Assembly: GCF_003019035.1 (NCBI RefSeq)
Contig: NZ_CP027447.1
Source: Escherichia coli
GTDB taxonomy: Bacteria; Pseudomonadota; Gammaproteobacteria; Enterobacterales; Enterobacteriaceae
Length of the DNA stretch: 64,000 nucleotides
Strand: one strand, 5' to 3'
The notes under the pieces are model-generated. The model saw only the letters and a program-made list of their open reading frames with translations. It ran no database searches and was not told the origin of the DNA. Shown in pieces: positions 1 through 10,693 of this stretch. Each line of letters opens with the position of its first letter. Positions within the stretch are counted from its first letter, which is position 1. Position numbers and translations under genes: made by a program.

Positions 1-52
1 ACTGACGGTCAGCGATCCGTTCCTCGGTCAGTACCAACAACTGGTCCGCGAC

Positions 53-1951
53 GTGGTGATTCCTTATCAGTGGGATGCCTTGAACGATCGTATCCCAGAA
101 GCGGAACCCAGCCATGCGATTGAAAACTTTCGCATTGCCGCCGGACTTCAGGAGGGTGAATTTTACGGGATGGTGTTTCAGGACAGCGACGTCGCCAAAT
201 GGCTGGAAGCGGTAGCCTGGTCGCTGTGCCAGAAGCCGGACGCCGAACTGGAAAAAACCGCCGACGAGGTGATTGAACTGATCGCTTCCGCCCAGTGCGA
301 AGATGGCTATCTCAATACTTACTTTACGGTAAAAGCGCCCGAAGAACGCTGGAGCAATCTGGCGGAGTGCCATGAACTTTACTGCGCCGGTCATCTGATT
401 GAAGCCGGAGTCGCCTTCTTCCAGGCCACGGGCAAGCGGCGCTTGCTGGAAGTGGTTTGCCGTCTGACCGATCATATCGACAGCGTATTTGGTCCAGGTG
501 AAAGTAAGTTACACGGTTATCCTGGTCACCCGGAAATTGAACTGGCACTAATGCGCCTGTATGAAGTGACCGAAGAGCCGCGCTACCTGGCGCTGACGAA
601 CTATTTTGTCGAACAGCGTGGTGCGCAACCGCACTATTACGACCAGGAATATGAAAAGCGCGGGCAGACCTCGCACTGGCACACCTACGGCCCGGCGTGG
701 ATGGTGAAAGACAAAGCCTACAGCCAGGCACATTTGCCCATCGCACAGCAGCAAACCGCCATTGGTCACGCGGTACGTTTTGTCTACCTGATGACCGGCG
801 TCGCGCATCTCGCCCGTTTAAGTCACGATGAAAGCAAGCGTCAGGATTGCTTGCGGCTGTGGAACAATATGGCCCAGCGTCAGTTATATATTACCGGCGG
901 CATTGGCTCACAAAGCAGCGGCGAAGCGTTCAGCAGCGATTACGATCTGCCGAATGACACGGTTTACGCCGAAAGTTGTGCTTCCATCGGCCTGATGATG
1001 TTCGCCCGACGAATGCTGGAAATGGAAGGCGACAGTCAATATGCCGATGTGATGGAGCGCGCGCTGTACAACACTGTGCTCGGCGGCATGGCACTGGATG
1101 GCAAACATTTCTTCTATGTGAATCCGCTGGAAGTACATCCAAAATCGCTGAAATTCAACCATATCTACGATCACGTTAAGCCGATCCGCCAGCGTTGGTT
1201 TGGCTGCGCTTGTTGTCCGCCAAATATCGCCCGCGTACTGACCTCGATTGGTCATTATCTCTACACGCCGCGTGAAGATGCGTTGTATATCAACATATAC
1301 GCAGGAAACAGCATGGAAGTGCCGGTAGAAAATGGCACGTTGCGCCTGCGGGTTAGCGGGAACTATCCGTGGCAGGAACAGGTGACAATTGCGGTTGAAT
1401 CGCCCCAGCCGGTGCGTCATACGCTGGCTTTACGTCTGCCGGACTGGTGCACACAGCCGCAGATCATATTGAATGGGGAAGAGGTCGAGCAGGATATTCG
1501 TAAAGGGTATTTGCACATTACCCGCGAATGGCAGGAGGGCGACACGCTGAATCTAACTTTGCCAATGCCAGTACGTCGCGTTTACGGTAACCCGCTGGTG
1601 CGTCACGTCGCCGGAAAAGTGGCGATTCAGCGCGGCCCGCTGGTGTATTGCCTGGAACAGGCCGACAACGGCGAGTCACTGCATAACCTGTGGCTGCCCG
1701 CCGATGCGCCATTTACGACATTTGAAGGCAAGGGATTGTTCCGCCATAAGATCTTAATCCAGGCACCGGGTTACCGGTATGAACAGAGCAATCCAGAGCA
1801 GCAACCGCTGTGGCATTACGACAGTGCGCCAGCCAAACGCCAGCCGCAAACTCTGACGTTTATTCCGTGGTTTAGCTGGGCTAACCAGGGTGAAGGCGAA
1901 ATGCGGATCTGGGTGAATGAGGAAAAGCATTGCCATCCGGAGGTTGGATAA
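53..1951 (+). CDS. Glycoside hydrolase family 127-like (DUF1680, beta-L-arabinofuranosidase-type) protein; true N-terminus may lie upstream of the window
   Basis: 632-aa ORF; frame is open back to position 2 with no in-frame stop, and position 53 is a GTG, so the start is uncertain. Cys-rich segment FGCACCPPNIARV resembles the Cys-containing active-site region of GH127 enzymes. Family assignment is from memory. Confidence 0.65.
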   Translation: MVIPYQWDALNDRIPEAEPSHAIENFRIAAGLQEGEFYGMVFQDSDVAKWLEAVAWSLCQKPDAELEKTADEVIELIASAQCEDGYLNTYFTVKAPEERWSNLAECHELYCAGHLIEAGVAFFQATGKRRLLEVVCRLTDHIDSVFGPGESKLHGYPGHPEIELALMRLYEVTEEPRYLALTNYFVEQRGAQPHYYDQEYEKRGQTSHWHTYGPAWMVKDKAYSQAHLPIAQQQTAIGHAVRFVYLMTGVAHLARLSHDESKRQDCLRLWNNMAQRQLYITGGIGSQSSGEAFSSDYDLPNDTVYAESCASIGLMMFARRMLEMEGDSQYADVMERALYNTVLGGMALDGKHFFYVNPLEVHPKSLKFNHIYDHVKPIRQRWFGCACCPPNIARVLTSIGHYLYTPREDALYINIYAGNSMEVPVENGTLRLRVSGNYPWQEQVTIAVESPQPVRHTLALRLPDWCTQPQIILNGEEVEQDIRKGYLHITREWQEGDTLNLTLPMPVRRVYGNPLVRHVAGKVAIQRGPLVYCLEQADNGESLHNLWLPADAPFTTFEGKGLFRHKILIQAPGYRYEQSNPEQQPLWHYDSAPAKRQPQTLTFIPWFSWANQGEGEMRIWVNEEKHCHPEVG

Positions 1952-2062
1952 GGCGCTCGCGCCGCATCCAACGTAGGGAGCACATTGCCTGATGCGACGC
2001 TTAACGCGTCTTATCAGGCCCACGAGTCGGTGCAGTTGCCCGCTAACCATCGAAACGCGAGA

Positions 2063-2473
2063 TTAAACGCCCGGCAATACACGCCGGGCAGCTTCTGCCA
2101 GAAACGCACTTCTGTTGGCGTAGTCTGGGTTATTGCGCACGTAGGTATCAATCTTGTTCAGTAACCTTTTCGGCATCGTAATATTGATACGTTCAGCCCG
2201 ACCTTCGAACTGATTCATATTGATATCCACCAGCAACCATTGCCCGCCAATAAAGTCCTGCGCACGCTGGACCAGATGTGTTTCCACAGAGCCTGGAAGC
2301 GGCAACTCTTCATCCATCTCGCATAAGGTTTCGAAGTGCGCGACCAGTGCACTTCGCGCATCCTGGAAAGCGTTGTCCAGCGTATCACCAGCAAAATAAC
2401 AGCCTGGAACATCAGGGAAAAAACCGCTGGCGCTGCCGTCAGGATCACTGTGGATATAGGCGGGATAAAACAT
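2063..2473 (-). CDS. hicB: HicB-family antitoxin with C-terminal ribbon-helix-helix-like tail
   Basis: 136-aa ORF 16 bp downstream of hicA on the same strand; strong AGGAGG Shine-Dalgarno 5 nt before the ATG; C-terminal NRSAFLAEAARRVL resembles an RHH DNA-binding motif. Confidence 0.75.
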   Translation of the reverse strand: MFYPAYIHSDPDGSASGFFPDVPGCYFAGDTLDNAFQDARSALVAHFETLCEMDEELPLPGSVETHLVQRAQDFIGGQWLLVDINMNQFEGRAERINITMPKRLLNKIDTYVRNNPDYANRSAFLAEAARRVLPGV

Positions 2474-2489
2474 ATTGCCTCCTGAAATT

Positions 2490-2675
2490 TTAAAATGTTA
2501 AACCAGCCTGACGCCCAATTTGCGCCAGCGTACCGGGCTTAATATCTTTTTTAGGGTGCGGAACCGTCACCAGACCCGGATGAACAGGGTGGCGGAACTG
2601 ATGATGACTGCCACGGGTTCGAATATGTTCCCAGCCATGCTGCTTCAGGATGGCGATCACGTCTGCACTTTTCAC
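2490..2675 (-). CDS. hicA: HicA-family mRNA-interferase toxin
   Basis: 61-aa ORF with GTG start; MKSADVIAILKQHGWEHIRTRGSHHQF matches the HicA pattern (KxxELIKxLEKNGW...GSH with conserved His); toxin-first, antitoxin-second order typical of hicAB. Confidence 0.75.
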   Translation of the reverse strand: MKSADVIAILKQHGWEHIRTRGSHHQFRHPVHPGLVTVPHPKKDIKPGTLAQIGRQAGLTF

Positions 2676-2717
2676 ATCCCTGCCCTTCCATGATTATACA
2701 CACGATACACACAATTA

Positions 2718-2731
2718 GTGATAACAATCAC
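2718..2731. promoter_or_regulatory. Short palindrome GTGAT-AACA-ATCAC upstream of hicA (candidate HicB operator)
   Basis: 5-bp inverted arms about 43-56 nt upstream of the hicA start codon; position fits an autoregulatory operator, but the palindrome is short. Confidence 0.25.
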
Positions 2732-2950
2732 GATAGCGCGATTTATATGGGCCGTCAGGGGGATAAAGTTGACTCAGGAATGCCGCTCGGAAGAAGAATA
2801 ACGGTGTGCAGTAACTTGTTGAAAAGATGCGAGGAGACTCGTAATTAAGTTCAATCAATATTCAGTCATTCAAGACGTAGACATTTGAATTGGTAAAACG
2901 CGTAAGCGTCGCATCAGGCAATGAATACCCAATGCGACCAGCTTCTTATA

Positions 2951-4489
2951 TCAGAACAGCCCCAACGGTTTATCCGAGTAGCTCACCAGCAGGCACTTGG
3001 TTTGCTGGTAATGCTCAAGCATCATCTTATGGGTTTCGCGTCCGATGCCCGACTGTTTGTAGCCGCCAAACGCCGCATGTGCCGGGTAAGCGTGATAACA
3101 GTTGGTCCACACGCGCCCGGCCTGAATGCCGCGCCCCATCTTATAGGCCAGATTACCGTTGCGGCTCCAGACACCCGCGCCCAGGCCATATTGCGTGTCG
3201 TTCGCCAGCTCCAGCGCTTCTTCCATAGTTTTGAAGGTGGTCACCGCCAGCACCGGACCAAAAATTTCTTCCTGGAACACGCGCATATTATTCTGACCAA
3301 ACAGAATCGTCGGTTCGAGGTAGTAGCCGTCTTTCAGTTCGCCTTCCAGCAGCTTGCGCCGCCCGCCGGTGAGCACGTCTGCGCCCTCTTTTTTACCAAT
3401 ATCAATGTAGTTGAGGATGGTTTCCAATTGCCCGTGCGAAACCTGCGCCCCCATTTGCGTCACGCTGTCGAGCGGGTTACCGCTACGAATGCTTTCGACA
3501 CGGCGGATGGCGCGTTCCATAAAGCGTTCGTAGATAGACTCCTGCACTAAAGCACGGCTTGGACAGGTGCAAACTTCGCCCTGGTTAAAGGCAAACAGTG
3601 CAAAGCCTTCCAGCGCTTTATCGAAAAAGGCATCTTCTTCATCCATCACATCAGCAAAGAAGATATTTGGCGACTTGCCGCCCAGTTCCAGGGTTACCGG
3701 AATAATATTTTGCGTGGCGTACTGCATAATTTGTTGGCCCACTTCCGTTGATCCGGTAAACGCCACTTTGGCGATGCGTTTCGAGGTCGCCAGATATTCG
3801 CCAATTTCCCCACCAGCGCCGTTAACCACGTTCACCACGCCCGGCGGCAGTAAATCACCGACGATTTCCATTAGCAGCAGTACAGAAAGCGGGGTAAGAC
3901 GTGCGGGTTTCAGCACCACACAGTTGCCCGCCGCCAGCGCGGGAGCCATTTTCCAGCTCGCCATCAGCAGCGGGAAGTTCCACGGAATAATCTGCCCCAC
4001 CACGCCTAACGGTTCGTGGAAGTGATAAGCCACAGTTTCGCTATCCACTTCACTAATACCGCCTTCCTGTGCCCGGATACACGAGGCGAAATAGCGGAAA
4101 TGGTCAATCGCCAGCGGTACATCAGCAGCACTGGTTTCGCGAATGGGTTTGCCGTTATCCCAGGTTTCAGCCGTCGCTAACAGTTCAAGGTTTTGTTCCA
4201 TTCGATCGGCAATCTTAAACAGAATTGCCGCGCGATCCTGCACCGAGGTATGTGCCCATTTATCTTTCACTTTATGCGCGGCATCCAGCGCCAAATCGAT
4301 GTCTCGTTTGCCCGAAGACGCCACTTCGCACAGCAGCTGCCCGGTCACCGGCGTCAGGTTCTGGTAATACTCGCCGTCGGCAGGGGCTACCCACTCGCCG
4401 CCGATAAAGTTGTCATAACGGGCTTTTAACTTAAGAGGAAAACCATACTCGCCGGGCTTAATCTGTGCTGAAGGGGGATTATTGGTCAT
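2951..4489 (-). CDS. aldB: Aldehyde dehydrogenase B (NADP-dependent)
   Basis: Translation begins [34 protein letters not shown]... (512 aa), recognisable as AldB. The ORF-track start at 4579 is an upstream in-frame extension; ATG at 4489 confirmed in sequence. Confidence 0.93.
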   Translation of the reverse strand: MTNNPPSAQIKPGEYGFPLKLKARYDNFIGGEWVAPADGEYYQNLTPVTGQLLCEVASSGKRDIDLALDAAHKVKDKWAHTSVQDRAAILFKIADRMEQNLELLATAETWDNGKPIRETSAADVPLAIDHFRYFASCIRAQEGGISEVDSETVAYHFHEPLGVVGQIIPWNFPLLMASWKMAPALAAGNCVVLKPARLTPLSVLLLMEIVGDLLPPGVVNVVNGAGGEIGEYLATSKRIAKVAFTGSTEVGQQIMQYATQNIIPVTLELGGKSPNIFFADVMDEEDAFFDKALEGFALFAFNQGEVCTCPSRALVQESIYERFMERAIRRVESIRSGNPLDSVTQMGAQVSHGQLETILNYIDIGKKEGADVLTGGRRKLLEGELKDGYYLEPTILFGQNNMRVFQEEIFGPVLAVTTFKTMEEALELANDTQYGLGAGVWSRNGNLAYKMGRGIQAGRVWTNCYHAYPAHAAFGGYKQSGIGRETHKMMLEHYQQTKCLLVSYSDKPLGLF

Positions 4490-4596
4490 GATCGTCTCCT
4501 TGCGGTGTGAGGTATAACAAGGGTAGACGTGACTGGCGAAATCTTCGCCAGTCGATAACAGCTTTACGACGGCTATCACGAATTTACGGGCAAGGG

Positions 4597-5892
4597 TTAC
4601 AGCGGATAATGCGCGAAGTACACGGCTTGCTGGTCATTAATTTTCTTCTCTTGCGCAAACCCTTCTTTAACAATTGTCCGTAAATCAGCTCGAGCCGTAT
4701 TATCAGAGACGCCCAGGCTCGCGCTAATTTCAGCAACTGTGTACTCTTTCCCCGGATTGGCGAGCATCACATTCAGGAGCGTTACCTGGCGCGGATTCAG
4801 GCGTTTAAGCACACCAGAGCTAAACAGCACACTATCGAGTTTTGCGCTTCGTTGTGTAATTTCATCGATATGCTGCTGCCAGTTTTGCAGAGCACGTTTA
4901 ATGACACCCGCCTGATATTCAAGGAAATAAGTCAGATCCATACCATCTGATTCAGTGTACTGGTAGCTGGCGGCATATTTGACCGGTGCAGCATGAAGCA
5001 AACGGCTGATGGAAATATATTTAAAGACATCGTAGCCCGATTTCAGCATATACCAGTAAAACAGCGCCCGACTGGTGCGCCCGTTGCCATCCCGAAACGG
5101 ATGTTCATGGGCCAGCATAAAATGCAGAATGCAGGCACGGACCAACGGATGAATATACCCTTCATGGCTGTTTAACCACTGGCAAACTTTTTCCAGCCGT
5201 TCCGGTAACAATGCCGCAGCGGGCGGTTGATGCACTATACTGCCATCATAGTCGGCGATCACAACATCATCTGTTTCACGAAATTCTCCCGGACGATATT
5301 TCGCGTCATTGATTCCACCCATACCAATGGCATGTAACTGGCGAATAAGCGCAGGTGTCAGCGGTTCTGCGAGTAAGTGCGGAATTTCCGCCATCAGCCG
5401 GGCATTTCCCGCAATCATATGCTCGTCTTCAGTGCGTGGCGACCGCCCTGTTTCCAGCATTTTTCTCGCCACCAGCGTTGTAGTATTCGCACCCTCCAGC
5501 TGGGAGCTGGTGATCGGCTCTTCCAGGCGTAACTGGCTTAACTCGGCTCCGGCCCCGCGTAACCGTTCAGTCTGATCTTTCAGCGCCAGCGCGGTAGCAC
5601 GTTTGTCGACAAGCTCGCACGCTTCTGCAATCACCGGGGTAATGTTGAATCCGGCCTGTTCACCCGCTTCATTGCAATAATTAATTCGTTGGATCGCCGC
5701 GTTGCGCGCCAGACGGGTAAGCGTCCACGCCACATCGACGTTTTCTCCTTTTTTGATGCGGTACTGCAACTCATCAAAAGGCAGATAACGTCCTTTTTCA
5801 TCGGTAACCCGGTTAAAGCGCAGGTGGGCCAGGAGTTCCTCACCCGATAAGTGTGATAAAGGAATAAGTCCGGGAGGTGATTTGATAGCCAT
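4597..5892 (-). CDS. Fic/Doc-family protein (putative AMP-transferase) with N-terminal inhibitory-helix motif and C-terminal winged-helix-like domain
   Basis: 431-aa ORF, ATG start. Fic motif [12 protein letters not shown] at residues 264-275 (nt 5068-5103); SSQLEG at residues 129-134 (nt 5491-5508) matches the (S/T)xxxE(G/N) auto-inhibition motif; C-terminal ~70 aa look like a wHTH. Confidence 0.85.
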   Translation of the reverse strand: MAIKSPPGLIPLSHLSGEELLAHLRFNRVTDEKGRYLPFDELQYRIKKGENVDVAWTLTRLARNAAIQRINYCNEAGEQAGFNITPVIAEACELVDKRATALALKDQTERLRGAGAELSQLRLEEPITSSQLEGANTTTLVARKMLETGRSPRTEDEHMIAGNARLMAEIPHLLAEPLTPALIRQLHAIGMGGINDAKYRPGEFRETDDVVIADYDGSIVHQPPAAALLPERLEKVCQWLNSHEGYIHPLVRACILHFMLAHEHPFRDGNGRTSRALFYWYMLKSGYDVFKYISISRLLHAAPVKYAASYQYTESDGMDLTYFLEYQAGVIKRALQNWQQHIDEITQRSAKLDSVLFSSGVLKRLNPRQVTLLNVMLANPGKEYTVAEISASLGVSDNTARADLRTIVKEGFAQEKKINDQQAVYFAHYPL

Positions 5893-5897
5893 GTGCT

Positions 5898-5978
5898 TAT
5901 CTCAAAAAAGCGCAATATTGAGATAGTGTATAGCAGGAAAGAGAAACTATCTCAAAAAAAGCAAGTTTTGAGATAGTT
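5898..5978. promoter_or_regulatory. Two related palindromes between yiaY stop and the fic start (candidate operator pair and/or yiaY terminator)
   Basis: Palindrome A 5898-5925: TATCTCAA / TTGAGATA arms with 12-nt spacer. Palindrome B 5945-5978: AACTATCTCAAAA / TTTTGAGATAGTT arms with 8-nt spacer. Both share the core CTATCTCAAAAAAGC...TTGAGATAG. Confidence 0.35.
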
Positions 5979-6021
5979 GAAAAAGCGGCTGACAACTCGC
6001 CAGCCGTTGTGGGAATGATGA

Positions 6022-7173
6022 TTACATTGCGGCGCGATAAATCGCCACAATTTCTTCGTGAGTTGCCTGGATCGGGTTAGTAAAGCCACAGGCATCTTTC
6101 AGGGCATTAGTCGCCAGTACCGTGAAATCTTCTTCTTTCACGTTCAGATCGCGTAGGCCTGCCGGGATATCCACTTTCTTCGCCAGTTCACGGATGGCGT
6201 TAATGCAGGCTTCAGCCCCTTCCGCGTCATTTTTGCCTGTCACGTTCACGCCCATAGCAGCAGCACAGTCACGCAGACGCGCAGCGGCGACTTTGCTGTT
6301 GAATACCTGAACATGCGGCAGCAGAACAGCATTACATACACCGTGTGGCAGGTTGTAGAAACCGCCCAGCTGGTGCGCCATCGCATGAACATAACCCAGA
6401 GAAGCATTATTGAACGCCATACCGGCGAGGAACTGGGCATAAGCCATTGCTTCACGCGCTTTAGCATTGCTGCCATCTTCAACGGCTAACGGCAGATTTT
6501 CGGCAATCATGGTCACCGCTTTCAGTGCGCAAGCGTCAGTGATCGGCGTGGCGGCAATAGAAACATACGCTTCGATAGCGTGCGTTAAGGCATCCATACC
6601 CGTTGCGGCGGTCAGTGACTTCGGCATACCGATCATCAGAGAGGAGTCATTGACAGAAAGCAACGGAGTTACATGTTTATCAACAATCGCCATTTTGATA
6701 TGACGCGCTTCGTCAGTGATGATGCAGAAACGGGTCATTTCAGAGGCCGTACCCGCCGTGGTATTGATGGCGATCATCGGCAGCTGCGGTTTTGCAGAGC
6801 GGTCAACGCCTTCGTAATCGCGAATATCGCCGCCATTGGCTGCCACCAGCGCAATACCTTTTGCGCAGTCGTGCGGAGAACCACCGCCTAAGGAGATCAC
6901 GCTATCGCAATTATTTTCTTTAAGTAATTTCAAACCTGCGGCGACGTTTTCCGTGGTGGGGTTAGGTTGGGTGCCATCATAAATAACGCTAAAAATATTG
7001 CGTTCTTCCAGTGCTTTTTGCACATCACCCGCCATACCCAATTTCGTTAACATATTGTCGGTGACAATTAAGGTACGGGTAAATCCATAATCTGCCATCA
7101 TATTCATTGCATCATTCAATGAATCAGCACCAATAACATTCACGGAAGGAATAAAAAAGGTTGAAGCTGCCAT
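6022..7173 (-). CDS. yiaY: Iron-containing (group III) alcohol dehydrogenase
   Basis: 383-aa [22 protein letters not shown]... with GGGSPHD and Fe-ADH signature regions; sits between aldB and selB as in E. coli. Confidence 0.9.
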   Translation of the reverse strand: MAASTFFIPSVNVIGADSLNDAMNMMADYGFTRTLIVTDNMLTKLGMAGDVQKALEERNIFSVIYDGTQPNPTTENVAAGLKLLKENNCDSVISLGGGSPHDCAKGIALVAANGGDIRDYEGVDRSAKPQLPMIAINTTAGTASEMTRFCIITDEARHIKMAIVDKHVTPLLSVNDSSLMIGMPKSLTAATGMDALTHAIEAYVSIAATPITDACALKAVTMIAENLPLAVEDGSNAKAREAMAYAQFLAGMAFNNASLGYVHAMAHQLGGFYNLPHGVCNAVLLPHVQVFNSKVAAARLRDCAAAMGVNVTGKNDAEGAEACINAIRELAKKVDIPAGLRDLNVKEEDFTVLATNALKDACGFTNPIQATHEEIVAIYRAAM

Positions 7174-7363
7174 AACACACTCCTGAAAGTGTAAAAAAGG
7201 GCGGGCAGCTTACTGAGGATTTTCATTTGAAAATATGATCAACATTACCGTTTATTAAAATATTTTTAATAAAAAGCACGTTACATTCATCAAATAACGT
7301 GCCTTCTTAACATTAATAAGAAATTTTGTATTAATTCATATTTATTATGAATTAATCATTTCC

Positions 7364-9208
7364 TTATTTTTCCGGAAATAATAATGCGTCGCGCAATAAA
7401 TGATCATTTCCACGACGACGCGTAAAGCCAATGCGGTCAAAATATTCCAGAATCTGAATTGCCAGCTTTCGGCCTACGCCTAAGCGATCGCGGAAATCCG
7501 CCGCGCAGGTTGAACCACACTCCTGATCGAGATCGCGGATCATATTGGCAAATTCGACAATCCGATCGTTACGGTAATAACGATCTTTAACGATCGCGGT
7601 AATTATCCCCTGCTGCGCCGCCTGGCGTAGAGTCAGGCGCATTGCCTGCTCGTCGGTTCCCGTCTCTTTTGCCAGATCACGCACCCACCACGGTTCGTCA
7701 CCAAACAGCGGCTCTGCTTTTTGCCAGATGGCCTGCTGCTCTTCGCTGAAGCCCGCTTTGTGATCCGGCAGATGCAGCCAGCCGTGATGACTGAGGATGT
7801 CGCCGCTTTCGCGCATCTTTTCAATCAGCAACAGTACCAGCGCTTCATCTTCCATTGGCAACGCCATACGTCGCAGACGTTCGCGCCCAGGACCAGGCTC
7901 ATCGCGATGTTGCTCATGATAAGTCGCTAATGTGTCGATAATTTTCCGCTGCCAGCGGGCGGCAACTGGCGCATTCAACAAGCTGTAACCAGCCTGAATA
8001 TAGCCAGGCTGTTGCAGCAGTTCGCGCATCCCTTCGCCGTTGAGCTGCCGTGCCCAGGCGAAATCCGCAAGGTTAACCGCGCCGCGTTCCAGATGAACAG
8101 ATAACGCATCGGCATCGCTCTGCGCCCGTGCAAGAGACGCCAGCCATTGCAGATATTCCGGCTTACGCTTACCGCGACGCGGCGGGTTAAGCATCACCAC
8201 ACGCGCCCCCGCCAGCGTGTTGCGGGCCGAGATATCGCGCAGCACTATGCGATCGTTATCCGCCAGCCACAGCGGCGTGTCGAACACCAGCTCGGCAAGG
8301 TTATCTTCCAGCAGCGAAACGCGTCCCGTAACGTGGCTGGCGGCGTGGTGAATATGCAGCGGCTGCCACTGGGTCAGCGGTGTATGGGTTTGAAGCTCAA
8401 CTATCACCCGCGTAAACGGCTCCGGCGGCGCATCGGCAAGCAACCAGTCGCCACGGTTAATCTGTTCTTTTTCCGCATCACCCGCGATGTTAAGCGCAAT
8501 ACGCTGCCCGGCATGAGCTGCATCTGTTGGCTGATTTTGCGCATGTAGCGCACGCACGCGCATCGGTTTATTTACACCAGTCAGCCAGATTGAATCGCCT
8601 ACCTTCACTTCCCCGCTTAACGCCGTACCGGTGACGACCAGCCCGGCACCTTTTACGGTAAATGCGCGGTCGATCGCGAGGCGGAAACTATGTTGGCTGG
8701 CGTGTTCGCGTTCTGGTAACTGAAGCAGATGCTCGCGCAGGGCATCAATTCCCCGACCTTCGGTTGCTGCGGTGATAAACAGTTTTGCCTCAGCAAAACC
8801 GTATTCCCGCAGCACCTCCTTTACCTGGCGTTCAACCTCATCAACACGCGCTTCGTCCACGCGATCGGCTTTGGTCAGCGCCACTGTCAGCATCGGATTA
8901 CCGGTCAGCTGCAAAATCGCCAGATGCTCACGGGTCTGTGCCATCACGCCGTCATCGCACGCCACCACCAACAGCGCGTGATCGATACCACCAACGCCCG
9001 CCAGCATGTTGGAAAGAAACTTTTCATGACCGGGTACGTCGATAAAACCAGGCACGCGACCATCCGGCTGCGGCCAGTAGGCATAGCCGAGATCGATGGT
9101 CATGCCGCGCTTTTTTTCTTCCGGCAGACGGTCGGCATTTACGCCAGTAATCGCCTGCAATAAGGTTGTTTTGCCGTGGTCAACGTGTCCGGCAGTCGCA
9201 ATAATCAT
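7364..9208 (-). CDS. selB: Selenocysteine-specific translation elongation factor
   Basis: 614-aa [25 protein letters not shown]... with GTP-binding motifs; overlaps selA stop by 4 nt (ATGA). Confidence 0.95.
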   Translation of the reverse strand: MIIATAGHVDHGKTTLLQAITGVNADRLPEEKKRGMTIDLGYAYWPQPDGRVPGFIDVPGHEKFLSNMLAGVGGIDHALLVVACDDGVMAQTREHLAILQLTGNPMLTVALTKADRVDEARVDEVERQVKEVLREYGFAEAKLFITAATEGRGIDALREHLLQLPEREHASQHSFRLAIDRAFTVKGAGLVVTGTALSGEVKVGDSIWLTGVNKPMRVRALHAQNQPTDAAHAGQRIALNIAGDAEKEQINRGDWLLADAPPEPFTRVIVELQTHTPLTQWQPLHIHHAASHVTGRVSLLEDNLAELVFDTPLWLADNDRIVLRDISARNTLAGARVVMLNPPRRGKRKPEYLQWLASLARAQSDADALSVHLERGAVNLADFAWARQLNGEGMRELLQQPGYIQAGYSLLNAPVAARWQRKIIDTLATYHEQHRDEPGPGRERLRRMALPMEDEALVLLLIEKMRESGDILSHHGWLHLPDHKAGFSEEQQAIWQKAEPLFGDEPWWVRDLAKETGTDEQAMRLTLRQAAQQGIITAIVKDRYYRNDRIVEFANMIRDLDQECGSTCAADFRDRLGVGRKLAIQILEYFDRIGFTRRRGNDHLLRDALLFPEK

Positions 9209-10596
9209 TTCAACAACATCTCCAAAAACCGTTGCTCATCTTCAAGGCAGCGTAAATCCAGCCACAATCGTCCGTCATAAATACGACCAATCACCGGCAC
9301 TGGCAATTCACGCCAGCGGGCGGCTAATGACTCAAGGTGGCTACCGCGTCCATCATGGGGTGTAAACGTTAATGCCGCGCTCGGCAGGCGATCAACCGGC
9401 AGCGAACCACTGCCAATCTGCGAAAGACATGGCATAACCTGTACCGCAAACTCCGCGCCGTAATGTGCGGCAAGGGGAGCCTGTAAACGTTGTGCCTGGA
9501 TTTGAATGACCTCTGCGCTGCGGGTAAGCAGGCGCAGGGTCGGTAATTTTTTACTCAGAGCTTCAGGGTGTAAATAAAGACGCAACGTGGCTTCCAGCGC
9601 CGCAAGGGTCATTTTATCCGCGCGTAATGCACGCTTCAGCGGGTGGCTTTGCAGGCGGGCGATCATCTCTTTTTTACCAACGATAATCCCTGCCTGCGGC
9701 CCGCCTAACAACTTGTCGCCGGAGAAACTCACCAGACTGACGCCCGCCGCAATCAACTCCTGCGGCATTGGCTCTTTCGGCAAACCGTACTGGCTAAGAT
9801 CGACCAGCGAGCCACTGCCTAAATCAGTCACCACGGGAATATCCAGTTCTTTGCCAAGCGCCACCAGTTCAGCTTCGTCTATCGCTTTGGTGAACCCCTG
9901 AATGCTGTAGTTACTGGTATGTACTTTCATCAACAGTGCGGTATTTTCATTCACCGCCTGACGATAATCATTCGCGTGCGTGCGGTTGGTGGTCCCTACT
10001 TCGTGTAGGGTGCAGCCTGCCTGACGCATAACATCGGGAATACGAAACGCGCCGCCAATCTCCACCAGTTCGCCGCGAGAAACCACCACCTCTTTCCCGC
10101 TGGCAGTGGCCGCCAACATCAATAACACCGCCGCCGCATTGTTATTAACGATACAGGCATCTTCCGCCCCCGTAATACGGCACAGCAGCTGCGCCAGCGC
10201 ACGATCGCGATGTCCGCGTCCGGCGTCGTCCAGATCGTACTCGAGGGTCACTGGCGAACGCATAGCCTTCGTAACGGCTTCCACCGCGGCTTCCGCCTGT
10301 AAAGCTCGCCCAAGGTTGGTATGCAGCACGGTTCCCGTCAGGTTGATCACCGGACGCAGCGCGCTTTGCGCCTCTTTCGTCAACCGGGCATCAACTTCTT
10401 GCGCCCAGTTTTCACACCATGCGGGCAGCGTCTGGCTGCCACGAATCACTTCTCGCGCTTCGTCGAGCATCTGACGCAACAATTCCACCACGCGGGTGTG
10501 ACCATAAGTATCACGCAAAGAAAGGAAGGAGCTATCGCGCAATAAGCGATCAATAGCCGGAAGTTGACTATAGAGGGAACGCGTTTCGGTTGTCAT
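9205..10596 (-). CDS. selA: L-seryl-tRNA(Sec) selenium transferase
   Basis: 463-aa [24 protein letters not shown]...; ATG confirmed at 10594-10596. Confidence 0.95.
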   Translation of the reverse strand: MTTETRSLYSQLPAIDRLLRDSSFLSLRDTYGHTRVVELLRQMLDEAREVIRGSQTLPAWCENWAQEVDARLTKEAQSALRPVINLTGTVLHTNLGRALQAEAAVEAVTKAMRSPVTLEYDLDDAGRGHRDRALAQLLCRITGAEDACIVNNNAAAVLLMLAATASGKEVVVSRGELVEIGGAFRIPDVMRQAGCTLHEVGTTNRTHANDYRQAVNENTALLMKVHTSNYSIQGFTKAIDEAELVALGKELDIPVVTDLGSGSLVDLSQYGLPKEPMPQELIAAGVSLVSFSGDKLLGGPQAGIIVGKKEMIARLQSHPLKRALRADKMTLAALEATLRLYLHPEALSKKLPTLRLLTRSAEVIQIQAQRLQAPLAAHYGAEFAVQVMPCLSQIGSGSLPVDRLPSAALTFTPHDGRGSHLESLAARWRELPVPVIGRIYDGRLWLDLRCLEDEQRFLEMLLK

Positions 10597-10693
10597 AGGA
10601 AACCTGGCTGATCAAGGCCCTCTCACACGGAGAAGGGCGTTTAACATAACCACGGATTGTAACGTGAGATGGGTCAGGAGGACATATCGCGCA

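Noticed and set aside
2921-4429. Several plus-strand ORFs (209 aa, 152 aa, 78 aa and others) inside aldB
   Set aside because: Antisense to aldB; none has a credible start signal or recognisable product.
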